Positions 37,943 to 50,459 of a stretch of DNA of 64,000 nucleotides are shown in pieces (position 1 is the first letter of the stretch; the number at the start of each line of letters is the position of its first letter). The notes below the pieces were generated by a model, which did no database searches, was not told where the DNA came from, and was given only the letters and a program-made list of their open reading frames with translations. Origin of the DNA: Ylistrum balloti (lineage: Eukaryota); NCBI RefSeq assembly GCF_031769215.1, contig NW_026781912.1, forward strand, positions 806,001 to 870,000. Direction: 5' to 3'. Both the position numbers and the translations under genes were made by a program.

Positions 37943-38352
37943 AGCAGGGCGATGCCTGACAGCTGAGGTAGGTAACTCTTATAACAGGGTTTAATGTATG
38001 ATAGCTAAGATAGGTAATTTTATAACAGAGTTTAATGTATGATAGCTAAGATAGGTAATTTTATAACAGAGTTTAATGTATGATAGCTAAGATAGGTAAT
38101 TTTATAACAGAGTTTAATGTATGATAGCTAAGATAGGTAATTTTATAACAGAGTTTAATGTATGATAGCTAAGATAGGTAATTTTATAACAGAGTTTAAT
38201 GTATGATAGCTAAGATAGGTAATTTTATAACAGGGCGATGCCTGACAGCTGAGATAGGTAACTCTTATAACAGGGTTTAATGTATGATAGCTAAGATAGG
38301 TAATTTTATAACAGGGTGATGTATGACAGCTAAGGTAGGTAACTCTTATAAT
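37943..38352. repeat. Minisatellite, 41-bp unit, ~10 copies, derived from the exon 3/intron 3 junction
   Basis: Unit TATGATAGCTAAGATAGGTAATTTTATAACAGAGTTTAATG (starts 37997, 38038) compared with the real junction AGCTAAG|GTAGGTAA. Confidence 0.92.
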
Positions 38353-38623
38353 AAGGTGATATCACAAATATTCGTTATTTCACACCACAGACTTGAAAAT
38401 GAGAACAATTCTGAGACTCAGGATCATCAGTGGTATCTCATAAAATGCTCTCTTTGTACTTTTCTTAGTTTTTATTTATTTAACAATAAGCCCATGCCTT
38501 GTAATAAACCAACTGATATACATTTGCTGTTCCATAAATATACAAACCCATTCTATTTTAATGTGAAATTATGTGTAGGCCTTAAGCTTATGACAGGATA
38601 AACATGATAGATGTTTGTTGTAG

Positions 38624-38830
<207 letters not shown>

Positions 38831-39429
38831 TAGTGCTTTTGTTGTGTTGTCCTTCATTAATTTTGATGGAGTTTTTAAGTACAATTTTGTCTATTTACAC
38901 CCAAGCATTTCTGTCCAACATTTGTAATGGTAAAGGTTTTGTTGTGAATCAGTGATGTTGTGGCCCTATTTTACTGCCGAATGAAAGGCTATCTCTCCTA
39001 GTCAAAATGGGTGTTATATTCCAAAAATAAACCTAAACCCTAGAAAAGTTTCTGAACTTTTCAAAAAAATTCCATTTTATGAAAGCACAGGCTGCTGTAA
39101 AATCAAGGGAGAAAAAACAGTATGAGTGTTGAACTGCTTTGATATATCATGTATAATATTAGGTGTTAGGTTGTTAATCTACTGAAATATAGAGAGATGG
39201 TCAAATATATAGTGGTAGAGATGAAGCTAACTTCCTGTTTTTTCTGAAGATGTTTTAAGCTGAGGAAATGACTGTGGTTGGTAAACAAAGACTCTCTTAT
39301 AAATTTAAAAACCTACTGAGCATGGCACATAACAGTAACTGCATGATTGTCATCCATATTTTACAATAAAGCTAAGATTACCTTTGTGGAGAGGATTTTT
39401 CCCTTTGACTGGTTTCACCACTTTTTAGC

Positions 39430-41100
39430 CCACCATCATCACAAGCTGTACACATCCTCTCATAGGAAAAGATCTTAACCCTAACGTTGAAATCCACACT
39501 GATGAAAGAGAAATGTTGACTTCCCAACTACCTTCCAGATCAAAGGACATCATCAATGATCTTTTGGTGATACCACATATGCTATCAAAGCAGGAGTCTT
39601 CTTTTACTCCACATTTCTCCCCTCTGGATGATGAAATTGTAAAGCCCAGACTGGTTGCTTAAGAACACAGTTTCGAAAATTTATTTTTTATTTTTCATCC
39701 TGTATTGGCACCACGAGGATGCTCTACTGTTGTTCTGGGTAAAAAATGAAGATGGACATTTCATGGAAATGGTGTTCAACTCTCTTTAACATGTCAATTT
39801 CCAGTTTATTGAAAACATTTCATTTTATAGTAAAAGCAACAGAAATAACCATTGTTCCTTTGACATGAAGATCTTACAAGAGAGTATATTCTGGAGCACA
39901 ACACTGTGTTCTCGGAAGCATTTCTTGGCCAGCAGGTGACTGTCATACTTGTCAGTACATATATCTTTATTCTAAAGAGTTCTGGTCACAAACTCTAGAG
40001 AAACTCCTACTGTGGCCAGGTCACTGAGCAAAGCCCTGCTGATAGTTACAATCCAGACACAGTAGGACCTTTTCCAGGAAGCAATAATGATACATCATGA
40101 ATAGTCTCTCCTGTCTGGAGAAAGATGACAATGTCATTGTTGATCGAGGGTTTAGGGATGATATGCCAGATTTGGAATAATGTGGTTTGACAACAAATTT
40201 ACTGTCTTATCTAAAACCTAAGCAGACTCAACATGACAACCTACAAGCTAGCCTAGATAGATCCATAACTAAATCTAGATGGATAGTGAAGACATATCAC
40301 CGACGATTCAAGCAATGGCTGTTTTTCAAAACACAATTTGCCTCCAACTATTTCATTGATGTCATGGAGGCACTCATTAGCATATTAACAGCCTGTCTCA
40401 ATGGAATTCGAGGACCCATATATGTTAAAACACAAGAGCAAGATGCAAAGGATAGCTGCCAAAATGAAAGTGTACCTTAGTGTTCACAACTACTAAGCTC
40501 AGCTTGTGAAAATTGAGTCAGATATTACCAGAAGGGCCAAGTCAGTATTTGTCAAACTAGATGCTACTGCAGATAGTTGTGGAATACCTTCAGACAATAT
40601 CTTGTTGCACATACGAGATCTAGATCTAGCTGCACTCACAAGACATTGTATGATGTCAGATCCACTCGGGGCATAAGAGCAGAGTAATGTACAATGTGTG
40701 AATCCAGCATGACAGCTTTGACACTGTTAATTCCATAAAGGATTATCATTGTCCTACTGAACCACGGAGGTATGTTCCCAGGGTGCCAGTATCCAGTACT
40801 ATTTAGGATACTACATAGTAAATCTTTGCATCAAAATGTCATTAGGTTTAAGACAAACCTCAAGTAATGTAGATTTCACTACCAACCGTCATCTTCAAAG
40901 CATTAGGTATGGTCAACTTGGACAATTAGAACTCTATTACTGTATGATGTAGACCAGCACTGACATGGCCAATCAGATTTCAGGACAAAGAAGCCATATT
41001 GGAGTCCAGATAAGGTGGTTTACTATGTAAATGAACTTAAATCTATCATTTAGCATTCTTGTTAGAATATCGATTCAGCAGTTGTAAGAATGTTTAATTT
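39430..41100 (+). mobile_element. Decayed ISL2EU/Harbinger-related (DDE_Tnp_4-type) transposase remnant in TRAPPC3 intron 4
   Basis: Broken motifs in order: STYIFILKSS (~39954, cf. DGTYIYIQKS), VGPF..NND (~40060-40090), DDNVIVDRGFRD (40124-40159), TKSRWIV..RRFKQW (~40267-40317). Many stops and frameshifts. Boundaries approximate. Confidence 0.65.
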
Positions 41101-41707
41101 TTGTGGTTATCAGGGAACATGACGGCCATTTTGAAAGTTGAAATTTCGTTTTAGTGTGTTATTGGTGTAGGTGACAGTCTCTTTGTACTATTAAAACCAA
41201 GTGTAAATATTTTATTTCAGTTCACTTTAAAATACTTCAGTCCGAAGGAGATTTTCCCCTTTGCTCATTTTTCCTTAAAAAATACATAGCCATATTGTCG
41301 ATCAATTTTAATTACTTTGTACAAAACTCCTTATTATTATTTTTGGGCAATTTATTTTATACTGTTTATGCTTTTTAGCACATAATTATGAATGGACTCC
41401 AGTAGGAAGTTATGTATTTTTGACCTTCAGAAAATTTTGCCTTATGTAGAAAGAGTATGTTCTTTCTCAAAATCCATCACATTTTTATCTCCTGTTTCCA
41501 TTGTACTTAAAACTGTGACTTCTTGCTTTATATATATGATATGTGATATGTTATTATCAGAATGTCTACGTTTAGTTTTCTTTAAAAGATGAAGAATTGA
41601 TATTGTAGCGTTTCCACTAAAAACCATCCTTTTTTTCATTTTTGGCACAAAATGGGCAATATATTCTTGGGTATGTACATGTTTGGACTTAAATGCCTAT
41701 TTGTATA

Positions 41708-42569
41708 CTGTGGATTCATTTATTTTCGTTGGGTTCAATTTTCGTTGTTTCTACAAATTAGACAGTTTCGTGGACTCATAAATTCGTGGATTTTTGATTC
41801 TGTGGGAAAAAAATAAAAACGTTAGAATTTTCTCTTTTTGCTTCCAGTCGAATTTTTTTCTGTTTGTATTAAGGCTATGTTCACAGGAATTAACACTAAT
41901 GACAAGAATAAAAGAACGTTTTTTTTTCAAGATGGCGTCCTGTGTTTTTATAACGCTGTTTACAACAGTCTCGCATTAATATCAAACCACAAATCAGTAT
42001 ATATCCTGGCGTGTAATCAATCGGTAATTATCAGAAACAATTGTTTTCAGTGGATAAACATTATGTGCTGATCAGTCGGTGTACCGCAGTCATATGAAAA
42101 CACCACGCGTATCGATGGGACCATGTATGTAAACAGGTGTGTAAACAAGATCTGCATTATTAATAATTATTGTGAACCTGTAGTCGGATAGAAACACGGA
42201 TCCAATCTTCAATCGACAGGATGGTCCGATCAAGCCTAGTGTCCACAGTGTCGCTAACGACTGCGATCCCATCATACTTAGCATCACAATGGGTACTTAC
42301 CCTTTGTTATGTTTAATAATATATAATTATATATCGTTGACACCAATTTAGCGTATCCATGTCGAGCCTCAGACTACCCGACTCCCGACTAATTACGGGG
42401 CTTCTGTCATTACCGGTGGACGTTTCCTGTGTCGGCAAAGATTACTTGGTCAAATTTAAAAATTACTTTAGTAAGTAGTTCATATTTCGTTGTGTTTTTA
42501 AATTCGTGGATTTGCTCATCCACGAAAACAACGAAAATTGGACCCCCACGAAATAAAATGAATCCACAG
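41708..42569. mobile_element. 862-bp non-autonomous DNA transposon with TA TSD (Tc1/mariner-like)
   Basis: Imperfect TIRs ~40 bp, CTGTGGATTCATTT..TTTCGT.GGG..CAATTTTCGTTGTTT at both ends, flanked by TA (41706-41707, 42570-42571). Confidence 0.75.
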
Positions 42570-43199
42570 TAAGTAGGACAACAGAGGCTACCAATAGCAG
42601 ACAAGCCATTTTAAAACCCAACCTTTCTAAGGAAAAGTAAGGATGAACAATCTTTAACATTTACTTCAAGATATAATTTGATGAGGAGCTATGAAATTTT
42701 TTCCTTGAGATGATTAACCTCAGTCACTTTGAATTAGTTGTTCTACTTTTTCAAAGTTTTGTTTTCGATTGGCAGTATTCATTTATTCTTGTATTTTAGT
42801 AAATCAGTTATAGCACGTTTGTCGTCCTTACCATGCTATCATTGTATATCATTTCTGGATTCATTTTTGTTTGTATTCAAAACCCTAACCTGACATTTAA
42901 AAGTAAGAAATAAACTTAAAGCTAAAAGATCACCTAGACCATCGTTGGGTATTTATAGGAGCAGATACTTAAATAACATTAAGGTCTCTCATATTGATAT
43001 TACCTTTGTATTTGTATAAATGTTCATAATTTTTATAAAATTCACTGTCATCTGTCCAAAACAACTGTTAACCTTGCTCTATGCTGACAAAGTGATTTAT
43101 TAACCTGAAAAAGATGTTCACATATTTATACAATAATGAAGGCTCAGCAGAAAGATCTAAAGACAAGAAAAGATTTGAAACTAAGTGTGTAAACCCATT

Positions 43200-43605
43200 G
43201 TCATCTCTGTAGCAGAAGGGAGATAACTCTTGACAACCTTGTAGCCTTTTGGATCACTGCTATAAGAATCAGGTTTTACCATTGAAATTATTCTCAGAAT
43301 TAATTGTTGTCTAATGATGGTCTTTTCAAATTGGTTTTTCATTCATGGTTTGTCAGTCTGTCCATAATCATTTTTTGACCACTGTCATTATGTGGTTGGT
43401 GTATAAAATTGCTTTTTTTCTTTCGGTCACAAATCGTTAAGTACATCCATTCCTTTTGTTTTCTTGTTTTTTCATAACTACTGTAGAGATCTTCTTGAAA
43501 TTCTGTCAATATATATATCCAGATTACATTAACGCATGACATGAAGGATACATAACTTTGTGACATCATAATTACCATAGGACTACTGTGGTTGATCCTG
43601 TTTTA
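43200..43605. mobile_element. Degenerate interspersed repeat (bivalve non-autonomous element-like)
   Basis: GGGAGATAACTCT start and CCATAGGACTACTGTGGTTGATCCTGTTTT hairpin-like end; recognised by motif only. Confidence 0.3.
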
Positions 43606-44282
43606 TAATCAGTGACAGTGTATTTTGTCAACAAATTTGCTTATATTCAATCACATATAAAAATAGTTAATGTTATCACACATAAATATCTTTTTAACAC
43701 ACGAGCTACTCTGGACAAAATTGAAATTAATACTTAATGTAGTGGTCTAGCAATTTAACTGAAAAGCAGACATAACAAAAATATTTTGTATAAAATCTGT
43801 AAGTGTTCATTGTCAAACTGTTGATCTAATTAAAAACTTGGTTTAGATATACAATGAAGGTTTTTATAACCTTTAATATACCCAATGGAATCCACTTATA
43901 GAAGATGTAACCAAAGTTGGAGCTAGTTCATAAATCCATCACAGTTGGATGATTCTAGGTTCAGTGTTGGTCTTACAATCCAGGACGTGATCTGATTGTA
44001 CACAGCAGTTGGTCTGCAGTATAATAGACAAGAGGGTTCTTTTTGTGGAATGTGGTTCACATTAATGGTAAAGTTCTATCATAGAAATGTTTAGAAATGT
44101 TTGTCCAATATACTCTACAACTTCACAGCGCTTTTCTCTAGTGCTAAGGAAGTGATCTTCATTACACATTCTAATTATAAGTTCATAATGTGTATACCAA
44201 TTTTATTTTTGAATATTTTCAAGATGACTCCCTTTTTTATAAATCTCACCTCAAATAATGAAACTAACTCTTAAATCAGACA

Positions 44283-47200
44283 GCTCATATCTGGAAACTC
44301 AGTCTGGAATTTGGCTGCTCATATCTGGAAACTAAGTCTGGAATTTGGCTGCTCATATCTGGAAACTAAGTCTGGAATTTGGCTGCTCATATCTGGAAAC
44401 TAAGTCTGGAATTTGGCTGCTCATATCTGGAAACTAAGTCTGGAATTTGGCTGCTCATATCTGGAAACTAAGTCTGGAATTTGGCTGCTCATATCTGGAA
44501 ACTAAGTCTGGAATTTGGCTGCTCATATCTGGAAACTAAGTCTGGAATTTGGCTGCTCATATCTGGAAACTAAGTCTGGAATTTGGCTGCTCATATCTGG
44601 AAACTAACGCTGGAATCAGACAACTCAAAACTGGACATGATGTCTTGAATCAGACAACTCAAAACTGGAAATGATGTCTTGAATCAGACAACTCAAAACT
44701 GGAAATGATGTCTTGAATGAGACAACTCAAAACTGGAAATGATGTTTTGAATCAGACAACTCAAAACTGGACATGATGTCTTGAATCAGACAACTCAAAA
44801 CTGGAAACTAACGCTGGAATCAGACAACTCAAAACTGGACATGATGTCTGGAATCAGACAACTCAAAACTGGAAACGATGTCTTGAATCAGACAACTCAA
44901 AACTGGACATGATGTCTTGAATCAGACAACTCAAAACTGGAAATGATGTCTTGAATCAGACAACTCAAAACTGGAAACTAACGCTGGAATCAGACAACTC
45001 AAAACTGGACATGATGTCTGGAATCAGACAACTCAAAACTGGAAACGATGTCTTGAATCAGACAACTCAAAACTGGAAATGATGTCTTGAATCAGACAAC
45101 TCAAAACTGGAAACTAACGCTGGAATCAGACAACTCAAAACTGGAAATGATGTCTTGAATCAGACAACTCAAAACTGGAAATGATGTCTTGAATCAGACA
45201 ACTCAAAACTGGAAATGATGTCTTGAATCAGACAACTCAAAACTGGAAATGATGTCTTGAATCAGACAACTCAAAACTGGAAACTAACGCTGGAATCAGA
45301 CAACTCAAAACTGGAAATGATGTCTTGAATCAGACAACTCAAAACTGGAAATGATGTCTTGAATCAGACAACTCAAAACTGGAAACTAACGCTGGAATCA
45401 GACAACTCAAAACTGGAAATGATGTCTTGAATCAGACAACTCAAAACTGGAAATGATGTCTTGAATCAGACAACTCAAAACTGGAAACTCAAAACTGGAA
45501 ATGATGTCTTGAATCAGACAACTCAAAACTGGAAACTAACTCAAAACTGGAAATGATGTCTTGAATCAGACAACTCAAAACTGGAAATGATGTCTTGAAT
45601 CAGACAACTCAAAACTGGAAATGATGTCTTGAATCAGACAACTCAAAACTGGAAATGATGTCTTGAATCAGACAACTCAAAACTGGAAATGATGTCTTGA
45701 ATCAGACAACTCAAAACTGGAAATGATGTCTTGAATCAGACAACTCAAAACTGGAAATGATGTCTTGAATCAGACAACTCAAAACTGGAAATGATGTCTT
45801 GAATCAGACAACTCAAAACTGGAAATGATGTCTTGAATCAGACAACTCAAAACTGGAAATGATGTCTTGAATCAGACAACTCAAAACTGGAAATGATGTC
45901 TTGAATCAGACAACTCAAAACTGGAAATGATGTCTTGAATCAGACAACTCAAAACTGGAAATGATGTCTTGAATCAGACAACTCAAAACTGGAAATGATG
46001 TCTTGAATCAGACAACTCAAAACTGGAAATGATGTCTTGAATCAGACAACTCAAAACTGGAAATGATGTCTTGAATCAGACAACTCAAAACTGGAAACTA
46101 ACGCTGGAATCAGACAACTCAAAACTGGAAATGATGTCTTGAATCAGACAACTCAAAACTGGAAATGATGTCTTGAATCAGACAACTCAAAACTGGAAAT
46201 GATGTCTGGAATCAGACAACTCAAAACTGGAATGATGATGTCTTGAATCAGACAACTCAAAACTGGAAACTAACGCTGGAATCAGACAACTCAAAACTGG
46301 AAATGATGTCTTGAATCAGACAACTCAAAACTGGAAACTAACGCTGGAATCAGACAACTCAAAACTGGAAATGATGTCTTGAATCAGACAACTCAAAACT
46401 GGAAATGATGTCTTGAATCAGACAACTCAAAACTGGAAATGATGTCTTGAATCAGACAACTCAAAACTGGAAATGATGTCTTGAATCAGACAACTCAAAA
46501 CTGGAAACTAACGCTGGAATCAGACAACTCAAAACTGGAAATGATGTCTTGAATCAGACAACTCAAAACTGGAAACTAACGCTGGAATCAGACAACTCAA
46601 AACTGGAAATGATGTCTTGAATCAGACAACTCAAAACTGGAAATGATGTCTTGAATCAGACAACTCAAAACTGGAAACTAACGCTGGAATCAGACAACTC
46701 AAAACTGGAAATGATGTCTTGAATCAGACAACTCAAAACTGGAAATGATGTCTTGAATCAGACAACTCAAAACTGGAAACGATGTCTTGAATCAGACAAC
46801 TCAAAACTGGAAATGATGTCTTGAATCAGACAACTCAAAACTGGAAATGATGTCTTGAATCAGACAACTCAAAACTGGAAATGATGTCTTGAATGAGACA
46901 ACTCAAAACTGGAAATGATGTCTTGAATCAGACAACTCAAAACTGGAAATGATGTCTTGAATCAGACAACTCAAAACTGGAAATGATGTCTTGAATCAGA
47001 CAACTCAAAACTGGAAATGATGTCTTGAATCAGACAACTCAAAACTGGAAACTAACGCTGGAATCAGACAACTCAAAACTGGAAATGATGTCTTGAATCA
47101 GACAACTCAAAACTGGAAATGATGTCTTGAATCAGACAACTCAAAACTGGAAATGATGTCTTGAATTGAATCAGACAACTCAAAACTGGAAATGATGTCT

Positions 47201-47997
47201 TGAATCAGACAACTCAAAACTGGAAATGATGTCTTGAATCAGACAACTCAAAACTGGAAATGATGTCTTGAATCAGACAACTCAAAACTGGAAATGATGT
47301 CTTGAATCAGACAACTCAAAACTGGAAATGATGTCTTGAATCAGACAACTCAAAACTGGAAATGATGTCTTGAATCAGACAACTCAAAACTGGAAATGAT
47401 GTCTTGAATCAGACAACTCAAAACTGGAAACTAACGCTGGAATCAGACAACTCAAAACTGGACATGATGTCTTGAATCAGACAACTCAAAACTGGAAATG
47501 ATGTCTTGAATCAGACAACTCAAAACTGGAAACTAACGCTGGAATCAGACAACTCAAAACTGGAAATGATGTCTTGAAACTCAAAACTGGAAACTAACTG
47601 TCTTGGAATCAGACAACTCAAAACTGGAAATGATGTCTTGAATCAGACAACTCAAAACTGGAAATGATGTCTTGAATCAGACAACTCAAAACTGGAAATG
47701 ATGTCTTGAATCAGACAACTCAAAATGGACATGATGTCTTGAATCAGACAACTCAAAACTGGAAATGATGTCTTGAATCAGACAACTCAAAACTGGAAAT
47801 GATGTCTTGAATCAGACAACTCAAAACTGGACATGATGTCTTGAATCAGACAACTCAAAACTGGACATGATGTCTTGAATCAGACAACTCAAAACTGGAA
47901 ATGATGTCTTGAATCAGACAACTCAAAACTGGACATGATGTCTTGAATCAGACAACTCAAAACTGGACATGATGTCTTGAATCAGACAACTCAAATA
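44283..47997. repeat. 3.7-kb satellite array of 34-bp units in three variant classes (~109 units)
   Basis: Class A GCTCATATCTGGAAACTAAGTCTGGAATTTGGCT (44283-44607). Class B GAATCAGACAACTCAAAACTGGAAATGATGTCTT and class C GAATCAGACAACTCAAAACTGGAAACTAACGCTG are interspersed after that. Confidence 0.98.
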
Positions 47998-49139
47998 CTG
48001 AAACAAACTTAAGAATCAGATCTATAAAATAACTGTAGAATTGGCTTCACCAGATCTAGAAACCCTCCTGCAGAATTGACTTCTGCAATCTGGAATTCAG
48101 CTTTTGAATTGGCTTTCTCCTATGATCAGGAAAACAACTGTGGAAAATTTGTTGAGGACATAGCTTGATGTATTCATCAACCTTTACTATTATGGCAGAA
48201 TCGTATTGTACAGAACACATCAGAACAGCTTCATTGGTTCATTAAAATCTAACAATGAATTAAAAGCTATGTTGATGTTTTTAGATACTGTTTTCAATTG
48301 GATTTGTGAAGGAGTGCATCTAATGATGTAAATCAACGTACAGATTTTTTTTTTAAGACTTGCTTTTCCTTAATAAAGGTCTGGGACAGATGAGTTTCAT
48401 TAGAATCGTGTAATATTTTTTTCACCTTGTTAGAAACTTTAAGAGATAATGGAAGCACTGTATATGTCACGTTCTGATGAATTACACCAGGAGAAATGGG
48501 CCAGGGCAACTTGTTAAAATGAACGATCGGTTCACTCTTAATCTGTTTTACAAGAAGCTTCCTGTGAGCCTTTTTTCAAAGAAATTTGAAATGAATCATC
48601 CATGGAGTGTGTGATGTAGGAGAAAACCCTGCTTTTTAATAATACGTCACTATAACACATTTATTGATACTTTCACCATGGATTTAAACTTATCATGGTT
48701 ACACAATTCAATACACATCTGTTAAAAAATTGAAATGTGTGAAATATGGAATGATTTACTGATTAAAACTCCATTCCTACGTCAGAGAACACTGTCTTTT
48801 TGAAGATTTTTACAAGTTATAGGAGACACATATCTGTTCTCACTGGTACATCAGACTTTATAAAAAGGAAATTTAGATGTCTTATTTAAGGATATATGGT
48901 ATATTGTACCTTACATATGATGCCAATGATTTTGTATAGCATTATCTCCCTTAGTAATGTATGTTTCATCACACAATACATCTGTGCTTATAGGGTGTTT
49001 CTCTTCTTAAAGGTGTATGCTACCTTCTGTGTTGACTAATGTAAGGCAGGGCCCTTTCTGACATCTGTCCGTGTTCTAAGTCAGTTTCACAGAGAATTTT
49101 TATCTTGTGAAATAACAGTTTCAGTTGAAGATACATTTT

Positions 49140-49462
49140 CATTACTGATCTTGTTGTTTGTTTTTTTGGGGTTTATTGCCTCATAAACAGCCAGGGTCTA
49201 TTTGTGGTTGAGTCTCCTTGTAGTAGCTGGTAGCTTTCTCACTGAACAACATACAGGAGGCCCATGACATTCCAATCAGAGGCAACAGGGTAAAATTTCT
49301 TACCCAAAGACAACCATGTCAGCACAGACCAGTCTGTTTCTCAGTTTCCTAAGACACATAAACCATGACAGATAGGGAGGGTTGAACCACATGTCTTAGA
49401 TCTTCACCTGGGGTTAGGTAGGACAACACTGTCAACAACTGAGCTCTCACAGCTCCTGGATA
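49140..49462 (-). mobile_element. Near full-length decayed tRNA-derived CORE-type SINE
   Basis: Minus strand: A-box-like AGCTCAGTTG, B-box-like GGTTCAACCC, CORE-like TTTGGGTAAGAAATTTTACCCTGTTGCCTC, family tail shared with 1570/12400, and a CAAA-rich 3' end. Confidence 0.65.
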
Positions 49463-50339
49463 GAAGCCTTAACAAGAATGTTTGTATAATTGATGGGGCT
49501 ATTTGTTTATTGGTTCCAGACTGTCTAAGGTTTTGATATAAAAAAATTCACAATATTTCCATCCATTGTTTTACGAGTCTGTATAGTGTAATTTGACCAA
49601 CTTAGGGTTTCACTTTATGAAGAAGCTACAGACAGTATCTGACAAAATGATATTTTTCATTTCCCATGGTAGGGAAATGACAAAATGATATCGTCGTTTT
49701 CCATTACTAATCGCTTAATGCAGACACAAACTTGGGAAGAGGATTCACCCTAAAGACTTAGGATAATCTGATGTATCAGTCAGGTTTAACCCCTGAAGAC
49801 TGAAAACGAGACATTTATATAAAAATATTATATATTTGCTACTTTGCTAAAAGAATTATAACTTCCGATGATATAGATAAAAACAAATTCAGAGAGGAAT
49901 GGTCACAGTGTGGAAATAATTTCATGAAACAATCTAAACTCCCTCTTATTCAATTAAAAGAATTTTCCTTTAGCCTCCTCTGACCTTAAACAGAAACTCC
50001 CTCTGTCCCTTTTTTATCTTAAAAGGAAATTTTCTCTAGTTTCTTCTAACCCTAGATGGTGTTACCCAAAACGAAATTCCTTTCAGCTGTTGTGGCCCTT
50101 GAAGTAAATTCACTTTTTATCGAAAAGGAAGTTTCAGATGAAAAAAAAAATTACCAATCTGTAATTATTGTCTTTTTCACATATATCATTTATAATTTTA
50201 GGGTACAATTTAATATAGTTAATTGTGTCAGTAATGCCTTGTAACTATGTGTTAAAATTTGTGTATTATCTTCACACAGAAATGACACCATATCATTTCA
50301 ATTAACATACATTTAATCTTCTTTGTTTTTCACTTACAG

Positions 50340-50459
50340 GTGCAGATGGATGTTGATGTGAAGTTTGTACAGGATCATTTAAAAGGTGATAATATCACAG
50401 AATTAAGACTAAAATTCCTACGCAGATTGGAGGATGCTATACCTGTCGGGGAGGATTGA
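50340..50459 (+). CDS. TRAPPC3: TRAPPC3 exon 5 (terminal)
   Basis: Acceptor TTTGTTTTTCACTTACAG; VQMDVDVKFVQDHLKGDNITELRLKFLRRLEDAIPVGED*. Confidence 0.97.
   Translation: MQMDVDVKFVQDHLKGDNITELRLKFLRRLEDAIPVGED

Noticed and set aside
44607-47997. C/D snoRNA cluster in TRAPPC3 intron 4 (ATGATG in each unit)
   Set aside because: No complete RUGAUGA box C or CUGA box D with terminal stems.
48100-48620. Possible LINE reverse transcriptase relic
   Set aside because: Only vague motif resemblance (NKGLG, ITP); not enough to call.
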